A stretch of 64,000 bases of DNA from Patescibacteria group bacterium (GTDB taxonomy: Bacteria; Patescibacteriota; Patescibacteriia; Buchananbacterales; UBA6539): positions 1,574-65,573 of the forward strand of contig JAVEXP010000001.1 in assembly GCA_034003985.1 (NCBI GenBank), written 5' to 3'. The notes under the pieces were generated by a model, which was not told where the DNA came from, did not search any database, and was given only the letters and a program-made list of their open reading frames with translations. The number at the start of each line of letters is the position of its first letter. Within the stretch, counting starts at the first letter, position 1. A program made the translations under genes and the position numbers. Positions 43,368-52,376 of the stretch are shown here, in pieces.

Positions 43368-44582
43368 TTAGCCGAAATTCGGCTTGTCACCAATAACCGC
43401 GCCGCGTCGGACGACTAAGATGCCGTCTTTTAGAACGAGCTGTTCGGGCCAGGTCTCGACATCTTTCTGAGGGTTTTGTCCCAGGATAATTCCGGGGCCG
43501 ATTTGAACTTCTTTGTCGGCAAACACCCGATGCAGTCGAGTATTGGCGCCAATCATGGTTTTGTCTAAAACGACGCACTCATGGAGATTGGCATCACATC
43601 CGACCCGTACCCTGGTTGACAGTACCGAGGATTCAACCCGGCCGGCGACAATGCTGCCGTCGCTGACAATGGCGTCGCGCAAAGAGCAGCCGTTGATGAA
43701 TTTCGGCGAGGGCAGATGGCGCGACCGGTGAAACACCTGGTGGGTTGGATCATACAGGTTCAGCTTGGGCGCTGGGCCGATGATGTCCATGTTGGCCTGC
43801 CACAGACTGCCGATGGTTCCGACATCACGCCAATAACCTTCATGTCTGAACACTTCCAGTTTGAGGTTGGTGGCTTGGTCGCTGAGAACCAAGGGAATGA
43901 CATCGTGACCGAAATCATTTCCGTCGGTGTCGGTCAGCAGCTTTTGAAGCACCTTTGTTTTGAAGACATAGATGCCCAAACTGGCCAAAGCCTGATCAGT
44001 TCCGGGGATCAGGGGAACGGGGATGTTTTGCCGGGTGGGTTTTTCAATAAACTCCTCAACAGCACCCTTGCTGTTGACGGCAAATACCCCGAGATCGCCA
44101 GCCTCGACAGCCGGTACGGCCTGAACCATAACGGTCACATCCGCTTTGGTTGTGAGGTGGTGGTCGACGAAGTCGTCGTACTTCATCAGGTAGAGGTGGT
44201 CACCGGCCAGAACCAGAGTTGATTCGTGCCCGTCGTCCAGCAGGTAATTGCTCATGCGAACCGCATCGGCAGTACCAGCAAAGTATTCGTGGCCGTGGAT
44301 CATCGGGGCGACTTGAACCCGGATGCGGCGCCCAACTTCATGACTCAGGTAGGTCTCCTGAATGTGACCACTCAGCTTGTTGGGATGAGCCTGGGCCAGA
44401 ATTTGGATGTCGGCAATGCCCCTGGAATGGAGGCAGTTGCTCACTGCAAAGTCGATCAACCGCCGTTTTTCCAGCGGCACATTGGGCTTGGGCCGATCGA
44501 GCTTGGGGTCAAGCCCGGTCAAAGGTTCCAGTCTGGAACCGATTCCCCCGCCCAGTAATATTGCGCGAATGTCATGGACCAT
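43368..44582 (-). CDS. glgC: Glucose-1-phosphate adenylyltransferase (start moved to ATG 44582)
   Basis: GGGIGSRLEPLT, IDFAVSNC, GTADAV, LAGDHLY.M.Y, FIEKP, DFGHDVIP, YWRDVGT, beta-helix C-terminus; SD AGGAG at 44594-44598. Confidence 0.92.
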   Translation of the reverse strand: MVHDIRAILLGGGIGSRLEPLTGLDPKLDRPKPNVPLEKRRLIDFAVSNCLHSRGIADIQILAQAHPNKLSGHIQETYLSHEVGRRIRVQVAPMIHGHEYFAGTADAVRMSNYLLDDGHESTLVLAGDHLYLMKYDDFVDHHLTTKADVTVMVQAVPAVEAGDLGVFAVNSKGAVEEFIEKPTRQNIPVPLIPGTDQALASLGIYVFKTKVLQKLLTDTDGNDFGHDVIPLVLSDQATNLKLEVFRHEGYWRDVGTIGSLWQANMDIIGPAPKLNLYDPTHQVFHRSRHLPSPKFINGCSLRDAIVSDGSIVAGRVESSVLSTRVRVGCDANLHECVVLDKTMIGANTRLHRVFADKEVQIGPGIILGQNPQKDVETWPEQLVLKDGILVVRRGAVIGDKPNFG

Positions 44583-44673
44583 ATCTGTCAATTCTCCTGT
44601 CTGGTTGGTCTCGTTTTTGTATGGTGATTGGTTTTCCGCCAAATATAAAAAACGCTTTACGGCGCAAGTAATG

Positions 44674-44702
44674 ATTCTAGTTTATCTTCAGTTTTTTGTC
44701 AA
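44674..44702 (-). promoter_or_regulatory. Sigma70 promoter for glgC
   Basis: TTGACA-17 nt-TAGAAT on the minus strand. Confidence 0.7.
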
Positions 44703-44731
44703 GGATTTTTAAAAAATTGGTTATAAAAAGA

Positions 44732-45028
44732 GGCACATCCTTCTTAGCTTTGGGTCATGTTCTGATGGGTAAGTCAGGGCATCAAACGAAGAAGAAGGAT
44801 GTGCCAATCGGGCAAGGCCGAACCCCCATTGCAGGGATTGGAGCCCGGGGAGGGCAAAGGGCAGACTGAGAGAGCATTGCCCCTGGGCAAGGGGGAGGGC
44901 GGAAGGTGTTTCTTGCCCAGGGGATGCTCAGGAAGGCGGAGGGTTAGGCCGCCAAAGTTGGCCGACGCGATCCTCCCTGAGAGGCAGGGGTGATTTTGGG
45001 TGATTGTTGAAACCTAGAATCGCGTCGG
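44732..45028. ncRNA. Candidate structured non-coding RNA (family not recognised, strand unresolved)
   Basis: Three long stems: 44732-44745/44792-44805, 44872-44891/44912-44929, 44962-44974/45016-45028; GC-rich; no credible ORF. Confidence 0.5.
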
Positions 45029-45077
45029 GAAAAAAACTACTCAAGAATATCTTACAAATTACCATGCCAATTTAGGC

Positions 45078-45106
45078 TTGTCAAAGCGGCTGATTAGCTA
45101 TATACT
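45078..45106 (+). promoter_or_regulatory. Sigma70 promoter for gatCA
   Basis: TTGTCA-17 nt-TATACT. Confidence 0.7.
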
Positions 45107-45124
45107 GTAGAGGTAGTTTTTATT

Positions 45125-45418
45125 ATGGCTTTAACCAGGGATGAAGTAAAACATATCGCCCATTTGGCCAGATTGCGGCTGAATGATGAAGAAGTGGAAA
45201 GGTATACAACCCAACTTTCCGCTATTTTAGAATATGTTGAACAGCTTCAGGCCGTTGATACCACCGGTGTTGAACCAACCGCCCAGGTTACCGGTTTGGA
45301 AAATGTGACGCGGCTGGATGAAATTAAAAAACTTACTTCCGAAGAGATGAAAGAAATAATTACGGCGGCGCCTGACAGTGAAGACAATTTAGTCAAAACT
45401 AAATCAGTTTTTGAATAA
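45125..45418 (+). CDS. gatC: Asp/Glu-tRNA amidotransferase subunit C
   Basis: EVKHIAHLARL, VDTTGVEPT, NVTRLDE. Confidence 0.95.
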   Translation: MALTRDEVKHIAHLARLRLNDEEVERYTTQLSAILEYVEQLQAVDTTGVEPTAQVTGLENVTRLDEIKKLTSEEMKEIITAAPDSEDNLVKTKSVFE

Positions 45419-46869
45419 TGGAAATTAAAGATCTTACAATCAGGCAGACTAACGAAGCCTTGAAGAAAAAAGAATTTTCTTCACTCGAATTGGCCAAGGC
45501 TTATTTGGCTCGGATTGAAAAACTTAACGAAAAGTTGAATGTTTTTATTACGGTAACTCCGGAAGTGGCTTTGGCAAATGCCCAGGCCGCTGACGAGCAA
45601 GGTGATTTTAGCAATCCTTTAGCCGGAATTCCCACGGCTCATAAAGATGTTTTTTGTACTAAAGGCATAAGGTCTACTGGTGCTTCCAAAATTTTGAGTA
45701 ATTATATCCCGCCTTACGAATCAACGGCGACTGAAAAATTAAAGCAGGCCGGTGCCGTAACAGTTGGCAAGGTTAATTGTGATGAATTTGCGATGGGCGG
45801 CAGCGGCGAAAATTCCGGTTATGGATTTGCCCGCAACCCCTGGGATTTGGAACGAGTGCCGGGCGGCAGTTGCAGCGGTTCGGCCGCTGGTGTGGCCGCG
45901 TCAATGTGCTTGTATTCTTTGGGAACGGATACCGGCGGTTCAATTAGGCAACCAGCCGGATTCTGCGGGGTGACTGGATTGAAAGTGACTTATGGTCGAG
46001 TTTCGCGTTCAGGTGTGATGGCCATGGCTTCTTCACTTGATACGATTGGACCAATTACCAAAAATGTTGAGGATGCGGCAATTGTTTTAAAACAAATTGC
46101 CGGTCATGACCCAAAAGATTCAACCACGCCTGAGATTAAAGTGGATGATTATCCGACTGAAATTTTAGCCGACATTAAGGGGCTTAAATTGGGTTTGCCT
46201 AAGCAGTATTTTATTGACGGTATGGACGGCGATGTCAAAGATGTCATTATGGCAGCGGTTAAAAAATTGGAAAGCATGGGCGCCAAAATTGTTGACATTG
46301 ATTTGCCACATACTGCCCAAGCCGTCGCCATTTATTATATTGTCGTGCCCAGTGAAGTCAGCTCCAATATGGCCAGGTATGATGGCATCAGATACGGCGC
46401 GTCGGAGCCGGGCGATAATTTATTGGATATTTATTTGAATACCCGCAGCCAGCATTTTGGCGCGGAAGTAAAACGGCGCATTATGTTGGGAACTTACGCG
46501 CTGTCGGCCGGTTACTACGACGCCTATTATAAAAAAGCGATGCAGGCCAGAACCTTGGTGAGAAATGATTTTGACCAGGCTTTCGAGAAGGTCGACGCGA
46601 TTATTACCCCGACTTCGCCCACCCCGGCATTTAAGATTGGCGAAAACACCGCTGATCCCTTAAAAATGTATTTGGCTGATGTTTTTACCATTCCGGCTTC
46701 GTTGGCGGGAATTTGCGGTTTGTCTGTGACCGCCGGTTTTACCAGAGATTTGCCGGTGGGAATGCAAATTTTAGGCAAGCGCTTTGACGAAAAAACTATT
46801 TTGAGAATCGGTCATCAATATCAACAGGCTACCGATTGGCACACTAGAAAGCCCGATGAAATTGACTGA
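45418..46869 (+). CDS. gatA: Asp/Glu-tRNA amidotransferase subunit A
   Basis: Amidase signature PGGSCSGSAA, LGTDTGGSIRQPA, EVKRRIMLG. Confidence 0.97.
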   Translation: MEIKDLTIRQTNEALKKKEFSSLELAKAYLARIEKLNEKLNVFITVTPEVALANAQAADEQGDFSNPLAGIPTAHKDVFCTKGIRSTGASKILSNYIPPYESTATEKLKQAGAVTVGKVNCDEFAMGGSGENSGYGFARNPWDLERVPGGSCSGSAAGVAASMCLYSLGTDTGGSIRQPAGFCGVTGLKVTYGRVSRSGVMAMASSLDTIGPITKNVEDAAIVLKQIAGHDPKDSTTPEIKVDDYPTEILADIKGLKLGLPKQYFIDGMDGDVKDVIMAAVKKLESMGAKIVDIDLPHTAQAVAIYYIVVPSEVSSNMARYDGIRYGASEPGDNLLDIYLNTRSQHFGAEVKRRIMLGTYALSAGYYDAYYKKAMQARTLVRNDFDQAFEKVDAIITPTSPTPAFKIGENTADPLKMYLADVFTIPASLAGICGLSVTAGFTRDLPVGMQILGKRFDEKTILRIGHQYQQATDWHTRKPDEID

Positions 46870-46934
46870 GCCCAACAATTTTTGGTAAAATTTAATAACT
46901 ATTAATTCTAAGATAATTAAATAAAATTAAAAAT

Positions 46935-47678
46935 ATGTCGGGAAACAAAGATTTTTTTGACATGTCGTCCAAGCAAAGCCTGGTAATGGGTTTGCTGGCC
47001 GGCATCGCCGTTATAAGCGTAGTTGGATTTTTTGTCCTGCTGGCTAACGGCTCAACAGGGTTAAAGCTTGGAGAAAAAACTACTAATACCAACATAGCGG
47101 CCAACGCCAATGTCAACACCAATGTCGTGCCAACTCCATCGCCGTCAGCGACCGGTGACATTTCCAAAATTTCACCGGTTGGTAGCGATGATTATATCAG
47201 AGGCAATGCCAATGCCAAGGTAACGCTGATTGAATTTTCCGATTTCCAATGTCCTTATTGCCAGCGCCATTATGCCACAATCAATCAGTTGGCGGCGGAT
47301 TATGGTGATAAAATCAGGGTAGTATTCAGACATTTCCCCTTGAGCAGCATTCATCCCAATGCTCAAAAGGCCGCTGAAGCCGCTGAGTGCGCCGGTGAAC
47401 AAGGCAAGTTTTGGGAAATGCACGATCAGTTGTTTGAAGCCGCTTCGCTTGATATTGCCAGTTTGAAAACCATGGCCGGACAGTTGGGCTTAAGCCAGAG
47501 CCAATTTGATAGTTGCTTGGATTCCAGCAAATATGCCAGTAAAGTTGCCAAGCAGGCAGCCGAAGCCCAAGCCGCCGGTATTACCGGTACTCCCGGAACT
47601 TTCGTTAATAGCGAATTGGTCAAGGGAGCCTATCCGGTTGAGACTTTCAAGCAGATTATTGACGGTTTGCTTCAGTAG
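46935..47678 (+). CDS. Membrane-anchored DsbA family thiol-disulfide oxidoreductase
   Basis: FSDFQCPYC, RHFPL, GTP cis-Pro loop. Confidence 0.92.
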   Translation: MSGNKDFFDMSSKQSLVMGLLAGIAVISVVGFFVLLANGSTGLKLGEKTTNTNIAANANVNTNVVPTPSPSATGDISKISPVGSDDYIRGNANAKVTLIEFSDFQCPYCQRHYATINQLAADYGDKIRVVFRHFPLSSIHPNAQKAAEAAECAGEQGKFWEMHDQLFEAASLDIASLKTMAGQLGLSQSQFDSCLDSSKYASKVAKQAAEAQAAGITGTPGTFVNSELVKGAYPVETFKQIIDGLLQ

Positions 47679-47697
47679 ATAAATCTTTTTAAAGATA

Positions 47698-47733
47698 AAT
47701 AAAATTGTCCCGACTAGTCGGGACAATTTTATT
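47698..47733. terminator. Perfect 36-bp palindrome, probable bidirectional terminator
   Basis: AATAAAATTGTCCCGACTAGTCGGGACAATTTTATT between convergent genes. Confidence 0.75.
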
Positions 47734-47908
47734 ATTGAAAGACATTTTCTAACTGGCGGAGACGGTGTTCCGAAGTGTGAACCTTTGCTACCTCTATTGA
47801 ACCAAAAATGAGGGAATTACGCAAATTATACAGAAAAAATCCAAAATGGTTTGAGGTTCCAAAGTTTGTGATTAAGGTTTATTGAAAAAAATAACATAGC
47901 TGAAACTC

Positions 47909-48622
47909 TTATATGCTTTTAATGTAATGGGTTATTTTTTCAATAAATACCTCGTAGTCATTTAATATTATTGTATTACCAAAAACGCTATTTATATTGG
48001 TTGATGTTTGTATTGAACAGTCGGGTATTTGGTTTAAATAATATTTTTTATATTTTGTTTTTGTTGTAATTGTGGTGTGGTCACAATTCGGAAATTTTAT
48101 AATAAGCAATAGAGTTTTAGTGGGCGTATGAAAAAATCTACTGGTATTGTCTTTGGATAACGCGATGTATTTATCAATATTATGGGTAGTAAGTTTTTCC
48201 CATTTTGTGATTAAGCCTTTATTATTATAATAAGGCATTTCGTCTGGCAATATTAAAATTTGGAAATAATCCTTATTGTTTGTTCTTATATTCGCCGTTT
48301 CGCCTAACATGTTCTCAAAATAATTATTTGAATTTTGAGAGTAATTATTCATTACAAATTTTACGCCGATACCCGCTAAATCATCTCCATCCTTTGAAAT
48401 TAATATGTCAACCGTTTTTTCCATATATCTTCCGTCAAGTTTTCCCTCTTTGCCGTCTCCCATTCCGAGTGATTTAATTTTATAATTGTCATCCAATTTA
48501 TCTTTTATATCCTTCGCAATCGCACCATGTAATACGATTAGTTTTTTATTACTTCTCGAGTGCGTTTTAAGAAATTTTAAAAATGATTGTTTTACTATTT
48601 GTAGAAATTGTTGATTATTCAT
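47909..48622 (-). CDS. Putative type II restriction endonuclease
   Basis: Directly downstream of a DNA methyltransferase; PD-(D/E)xK-like VDI...GIGVK segment. Confidence 0.7.
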   Translation of the reverse strand: MNNQQFLQIVKQSFLKFLKTHSRSNKKLIVLHGAIAKDIKDKLDDNYKIKSLGMGDGKEGKLDGRYMEKTVDILISKDGDDLAGIGVKFVMNNYSQNSNNYFENMLGETANIRTNNKDYFQILILPDEMPYYNNKGLITKWEKLTTHNIDKYIALSKDNTSRFFHTPTKTLLLIIKFPNCDHTTITTKTKYKKYYLNQIPDCSIQTSTNINSVFGNTIILNDYEVFIEKITHYIKSI

Positions 48623-48633
48623 AATATTTTTGA

Positions 48634-50094
48634 TTAAAATAATGCTGGTTGAGATTTATAAAATTGAGGATGAACAAAATCTTTCAAAAAACTTTTAGCG
48701 TAGGACTTATATCCTCCGCGATAACTTTTTGAAACTGAATTTATATATTTCTCCATTAAATTTGAATTTAACGCCTCGCATAATTTATAAAGATCATTGT
48801 CATTTTTCGGCTTAACACAATACCCGGCGTAAAAACTTGTTTTTTCGTCTTCAATCACATAAAAGCGGGGCGACAAATTCATTGTGCTGGTTATAATTTT
48901 TTTACCAAAACTTGTTTTAAGTCCTTGGTTTCTTCCAAATGCGTAAAATTCTTCATAATTTTTACCGCCACCCTTATCTCTTGTTTCCAAAATATCTCGT
49001 TTTTGTAGAAAATATTTATATGTTTCAGGATAATTTTTTTGAAAAATATTTTTAGGTATTATTTTTTCGTTTTTGTATGGAAAAATTAGAAATAGGTTTT
49101 GATTTTCTCCTTTGTAAGTTGACGCTTTAATAATTGGAACGCATATGTCCTTTTCAATTTTAAAATGATTAAAATAAAAATATTTTTTATCTTGATTTTC
49201 TGGCGAGAAGATATAAATATCGTCTTTTAGTGTCGCTATGCCATAATGGATATCGGCAATTTCCTGAAGAGTGGAATATCTTTTGTTAAGTTTGATAATT
49301 TTATCTAAATATTTCTCATCAAAAAATTCCCACCTTTCCGATCTCATGTGTTGAGCCGAAATATTTTTATATTCTAAATTGTTAAAATCACTTTTAAAAT
49401 TTTCTGCGTATAAAAAATTGGCAGTTTTTTCATTTTGCAAAAATGTGATTGCTGTATAGGCAGTTACATCTTTAAACACCTGAAAGTGGTCAAAATTTAT
49501 TATTTTTAACAAATACGGAAGCATTAAATTGCGCAAGTTTTTCCCCGCAGCTGAATGGAAATGAGAGTTGGGCGTGATAAAAACGATTTTGCCATTTTTG
49601 TTCAATAATTTTAATGCTTGTTCAAAAAAACAAAAATATAAATCAATTGATCCGCTTGAAGCGGTAATATAATTCTTTTGCAATTGTTCCTTTCTGCCGT
49701 TTAAATTTTGTATACGGACATAAGGAGGATTGCCAATTATGAAATCAAATTTTTCATCAAATTTATGAAAACAAAAATCATCAGCGATTGCGTTATATTT
49801 TTTAATTTTTATTTTTGATAATTTTTGTAAGTTTTGCTTTGTCTTTTTAATATATTTTTCTGATATGTCGGTAAAATAAATATTATCTTCAATTACTTTC
49901 TCTATTTTTTTTCCTGATAATTTTGAAAATTTTTGAGCCGCAATAGTCGCAAAAACCCCTTCGCCACAACCCGCGTCTAATATTTTTTCATCTCCGTTTA
50001 TTTTATGATCCTTAAATACTTCTTTAATCATAAAATCAGCCACCCATTCAGGGGTGAAAACAATGCCATTTTCTTTTTTAACAATTGTGTTCAT
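48634..50094 (-). CDS. N6-adenine DNA methyltransferase (gamma class, TaqI/Eco57I-like); start at ATG 50094
   Basis: GIVFTP, ILDAGCGEG, IIGNPPY, DLY..FFE; the upstream ORF extension overlaps tRNA-Ser and is spurious. Confidence 0.92.
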   Translation of the reverse strand: MNTIVKKENGIVFTPEWVADFMIKEVFKDHKINGDEKILDAGCGEGVFATIAAQKFSKLSGKKIEKVIEDNIYFTDISEKYIKKTKQNLQKLSKIKIKKYNAIADDFCFHKFDEKFDFIIGNPPYVRIQNLNGRKEQLQKNYITASSGSIDLYFCFFEQALKLLNKNGKIVFITPNSHFHSAAGKNLRNLMLPYLLKIINFDHFQVFKDVTAYTAITFLQNEKTANFLYAENFKSDFNNLEYKNISAQHMRSERWEFFDEKYLDKIIKLNKRYSTLQEIADIHYGIATLKDDIYIFSPENQDKKYFYFNHFKIEKDICVPIIKASTYKGENQNLFLIFPYKNEKIIPKNIFQKNYPETYKYFLQKRDILETRDKGGGKNYEEFYAFGRNQGLKTSFGKKIITSTMNLSPRFYVIEDEKTSFYAGYCVKPKNDNDLYKLCEALNSNLMEKYINSVSKSYRGGYKSYAKSFLKDFVHPQFYKSQPALF

Positions 50095-50100
50095 GTCTAT

Positions 50101-50109
50101 ATTATACCA
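50101..50109 (-). promoter_or_regulatory. Extended -10 promoter, likely leaderless methyltransferase mRNA
   Basis: TGGTATAAT ends 6 nt before ATG. Confidence 0.6.
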
Positions 50110-50181
50110 AAAATAGTCAAAAAAGAAAATTTGACAAGAAAAAACCAGCGAATTTACGCTGATTTTTTGAAATGTAAAAAT

Positions 50182-50269
50182 TGGCGGAGAGGGGGGGATT
50201 CGAACCCCCGAACCCTTGCGAGTTACACGCTTTCCAAGCGTGCGCACTAGACCACTATGCGACCTCTCC
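50182..50269 (-). tRNA. tRNA-Ser(GGA), CCA encoded
   Basis: GGAGAGG/CCTCTCC acceptor, CACGC-TT-GGA-AA-GCGTG, long variable arm, ends GCCA. Confidence 0.96.
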
Positions 50270-50294
50270 TTTATTTATATAATTTACAACAGGG

Positions 50295-50381
50295 CGGAGA
50301 GGGTGGGATTCGAACCCACGGAGACATTGCTGCCTCAACGGTTTTCAAGACCGTCACATTCGACCACTCTGTCACCTCTCC
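50295..50381 (-). tRNA. tRNA-Ser(TGA), no encoded CCA
   Basis: GGAGAGG/CCTCTCC acceptor, ACGGT-CT-TGA-AA-ACCGT, long variable arm; discriminator G followed by CCC. Confidence 0.96.
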
Positions 50382-50584
50382 GCTCTATTGTAAATTGGCG
50401 GCGCGATTTTTGATATTTTACAAAATAAAGATGGGGTAAATACCGGAACAAGACGGTCGCATTCAATCATTTTGTCATCCCTTTTATTTTGTAGCAATTA
50501 CTATATTATTAAATCAGAAAAATGGCCATAAGTCAATGTTCTTGCCTAAAATAGCTAATCTGAGTAAAATGATAAGGGAAATTT

Positions 50585-52375
50585 ATGTCCAATCAGGTAG
50601 AAGAAATTAAAGTTCGGCTTGATATTGTTGATCTGATTTCGGAATATATCAGGCTTAAACCGGCAGGGCCCAATAACTGGAAGGCCCTGTGTCCTTTTCA
50701 TAATGAAAAATCGCCGTCGTTTATGGTTTCCAAGGACAAGCAAATTTGGCACTGTTTTGGTTGCGGCGAGGGCGGTGATATTTTTAGTTTTGTCCAAAAG
50801 ATGGAAGGTATTGAGTTTGTTGAAGCTTTGAGACTGTTGGCTCAAAAGGCCGGCGTCAGATTGGTTGAACAGGATCCAAAGTTGGCCAGCCAGCGCAATC
50901 TATTGTTGGACATCACCCAGCTGGCCGCTCAACACTGGCATCAATTATTGAAGACCAAACAAGGTACCAAGGCTCAGGATTATTTACGCCAGCGCCAAAT
51001 CAAGGATGAGATGATTGATGAATTCAGGATCGGTTATGCTCCTGATTCCTGGGATAGTACGGCGAAATATCTCAGCAGCAAGGGGTTCAAAGACAAAGAT
51101 ATTTTTTTAGCCGGTTTGTCGGTTAAAAAAGAACGGGGCGAAGGTTTTTATGACCGTTTTCGTCATCGGATAACTTTTCCGATTTTTGACCTGCACGGCA
51201 ATCCGGTCGGGTTTTCGGCGCGAACTTTAAACCCGGAAGAAAAAGGAGCAAAGTATATTAATACCCCCCAAACTTTGATTTATAATAAAAGCCTGGTAAT
51301 TTTTAATTTGGATAAAGCCAAACAAGAAATCAAGAGACAGGATTTGGCGATTTTGGTTGAAGGACAGATGGACGCGTTGGCGGCTTATCAGGCCGGTACC
51401 AAGAATGTGATTGCCACTTCCGGAACGGCTTTGACAATTGAACAAATCCAAATTTTAAAACGCTACACCAAGAATTTGGCAATGGCTTTTGACGCTGATT
51501 CGGCCGGACAGTCGGCCGCCAAGCGGGGAATTGAATTGGCTCTCAATCAGGAGCTTAATGTCAAAGTGATTGTTCTGCCTTCCGGCAAAGATCCGGATGA
51601 ATGTATTAGAACCAATCTCCAGGGCTGGTTTACGGCCGTCAAGGAATCAAAATCAATTATGGAATATTATTTTGATCAGACTTTTGATAATTTGGATTTA
51701 ACCAATGTTGAAAACAAGAAGAAGGCCGCCAAGGTGTTGCTGCCAGTCATTAATAAAATCGCCGATAAAGTGGAACAGACTCATTGGTTGCAGAAGCTGG
51801 CCAATTTAATCAATGTCTCCGAAACTATTTTGCGTGAATCGTTTTTGCCATCGCGCCAGACAGTTAAAACAGCAGCGGCGCCTGGGGTAAAAAATCTCTC
51901 GGCCCAACCAAGCCGGTTGGTCAGGCAACTGGAAACGATTTTGGGGCTAGCCCTTAAATACCCCGGTAATCTGCGGCCAGTAATTGATGAATTGCCCCTT
52001 GAAATGATGGTAGAAGGTGATTTGCAGACCCTTTACAAAAAGTTGATACTTTACTATACTGAAGATATCAAAAGCAATTTTAAAGACTTTGTTTATCAGG
52101 ATTTTAGTGCTAAACTCAACAATGATAATTTAGTGGCTTTGGCTGACCGACTCGTTCTCTTAGTAGAGAAGGATTTTTTTGATTTTGACCCTGATTCCAT
52201 CCGGAGTGAATTGTTAAAAATTATCAAAATGGCCAAAAAGGATTATTATTGGGCTGAGCGCAAGGCTCTGGAAGGTAAAATAAAACAGGCGGAAGCCCAA
52301 GGCTTGGACGATCAAGTCAAACTTTTGTCGGAAAAGTTATCGCAAACTTTGAGCAATCTTAACCTATTAAAATAG
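50585..52375 (+). CDS. dnaG: DNA primase
   Basis: [11 protein letters not shown]...CFGC zinc finger, KYINTP, VEGQMD, FDADSAG, KDPDE. Confidence 0.97.
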   Translation: MSNQVEEIKVRLDIVDLISEYIRLKPAGPNNWKALCPFHNEKSPSFMVSKDKQIWHCFGCGEGGDIFSFVQKMEGIEFVEALRLLAQKAGVRLVEQDPKLASQRNLLLDITQLAAQHWHQLLKTKQGTKAQDYLRQRQIKDEMIDEFRIGYAPDSWDSTAKYLSSKGFKDKDIFLAGLSVKKERGEGFYDRFRHRITFPIFDLHGNPVGFSARTLNPEEKGAKYINTPQTLIYNKSLVIFNLDKAKQEIKRQDLAILVEGQMDALAAYQAGTKNVIATSGTALTIEQIQILKRYTKNLAMAFDADSAGQSAAKRGIELALNQELNVKVIVLPSGKDPDECIRTNLQGWFTAVKESKSIMEYYFDQTFDNLDLTNVENKKKAAKVLLPVINKIADKVEQTHWLQKLANLINVSETILRESFLPSRQTVKTAAAPGVKNLSAQPSRLVRQLETILGLALKYPGNLRPVIDELPLEMMVEGDLQTLYKKLILYYTEDIKSNFKDFVYQDFSAKLNNDNLVALADRLVLLVEKDFFDFDPDSIRSELLKIIKMAKKDYYWAERKALEGKIKQAEAQGLDDQVKLLSEKLSQTLSNLNLLK

Positions 52376-52376
52376 T

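Larger units (their letters stand above)
47754..50190. mobile_element. AT-rich islet integrated at the 3' end of tRNA-Ser, carrying a restriction-modification pair; no integrase retained
   Basis: TGGCGGAGA at 47754-47762 repeats the tRNA 3' end at 50182-50190; marked drop in GC. Confidence 0.55.

Noticed and set aside
44799-44993. 64-aa ORF within the GC-rich intergenic element
   Set aside because: GTG start, no recognisable motif, and it coincides with strong inverted repeats; more likely a by-product of high GC
44732-45028. Element as RNase P RNA, tmRNA, SRP RNA or a T-box for gatCA
   Set aside because: No GAGGAAAGUCC, no tRNA-like ends, no SRP loop motif and no T-box consensus were found; the gatC promoter lies downstream of it
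45125-46869. gatCA without adjacent gatB
   Set aside because: Split gatCA/gatB arrangements are common; gatB is probably outside the window
50095-50247. N-terminal extension of the 537-aa methyltransferase ORF
   Set aside because: It is a translation of tRNA-Ser(GGA) and promoter DNA; ATG 50094 fits the motif layout and promoter
50295-50381. tRNA with TGA anticodon as a sign of UGA recoding (code 25) or selenocysteine
   Set aside because: Anticodon TGA reads UCA (Ser); TGA terminates genes here and Trp is encoded by TGG
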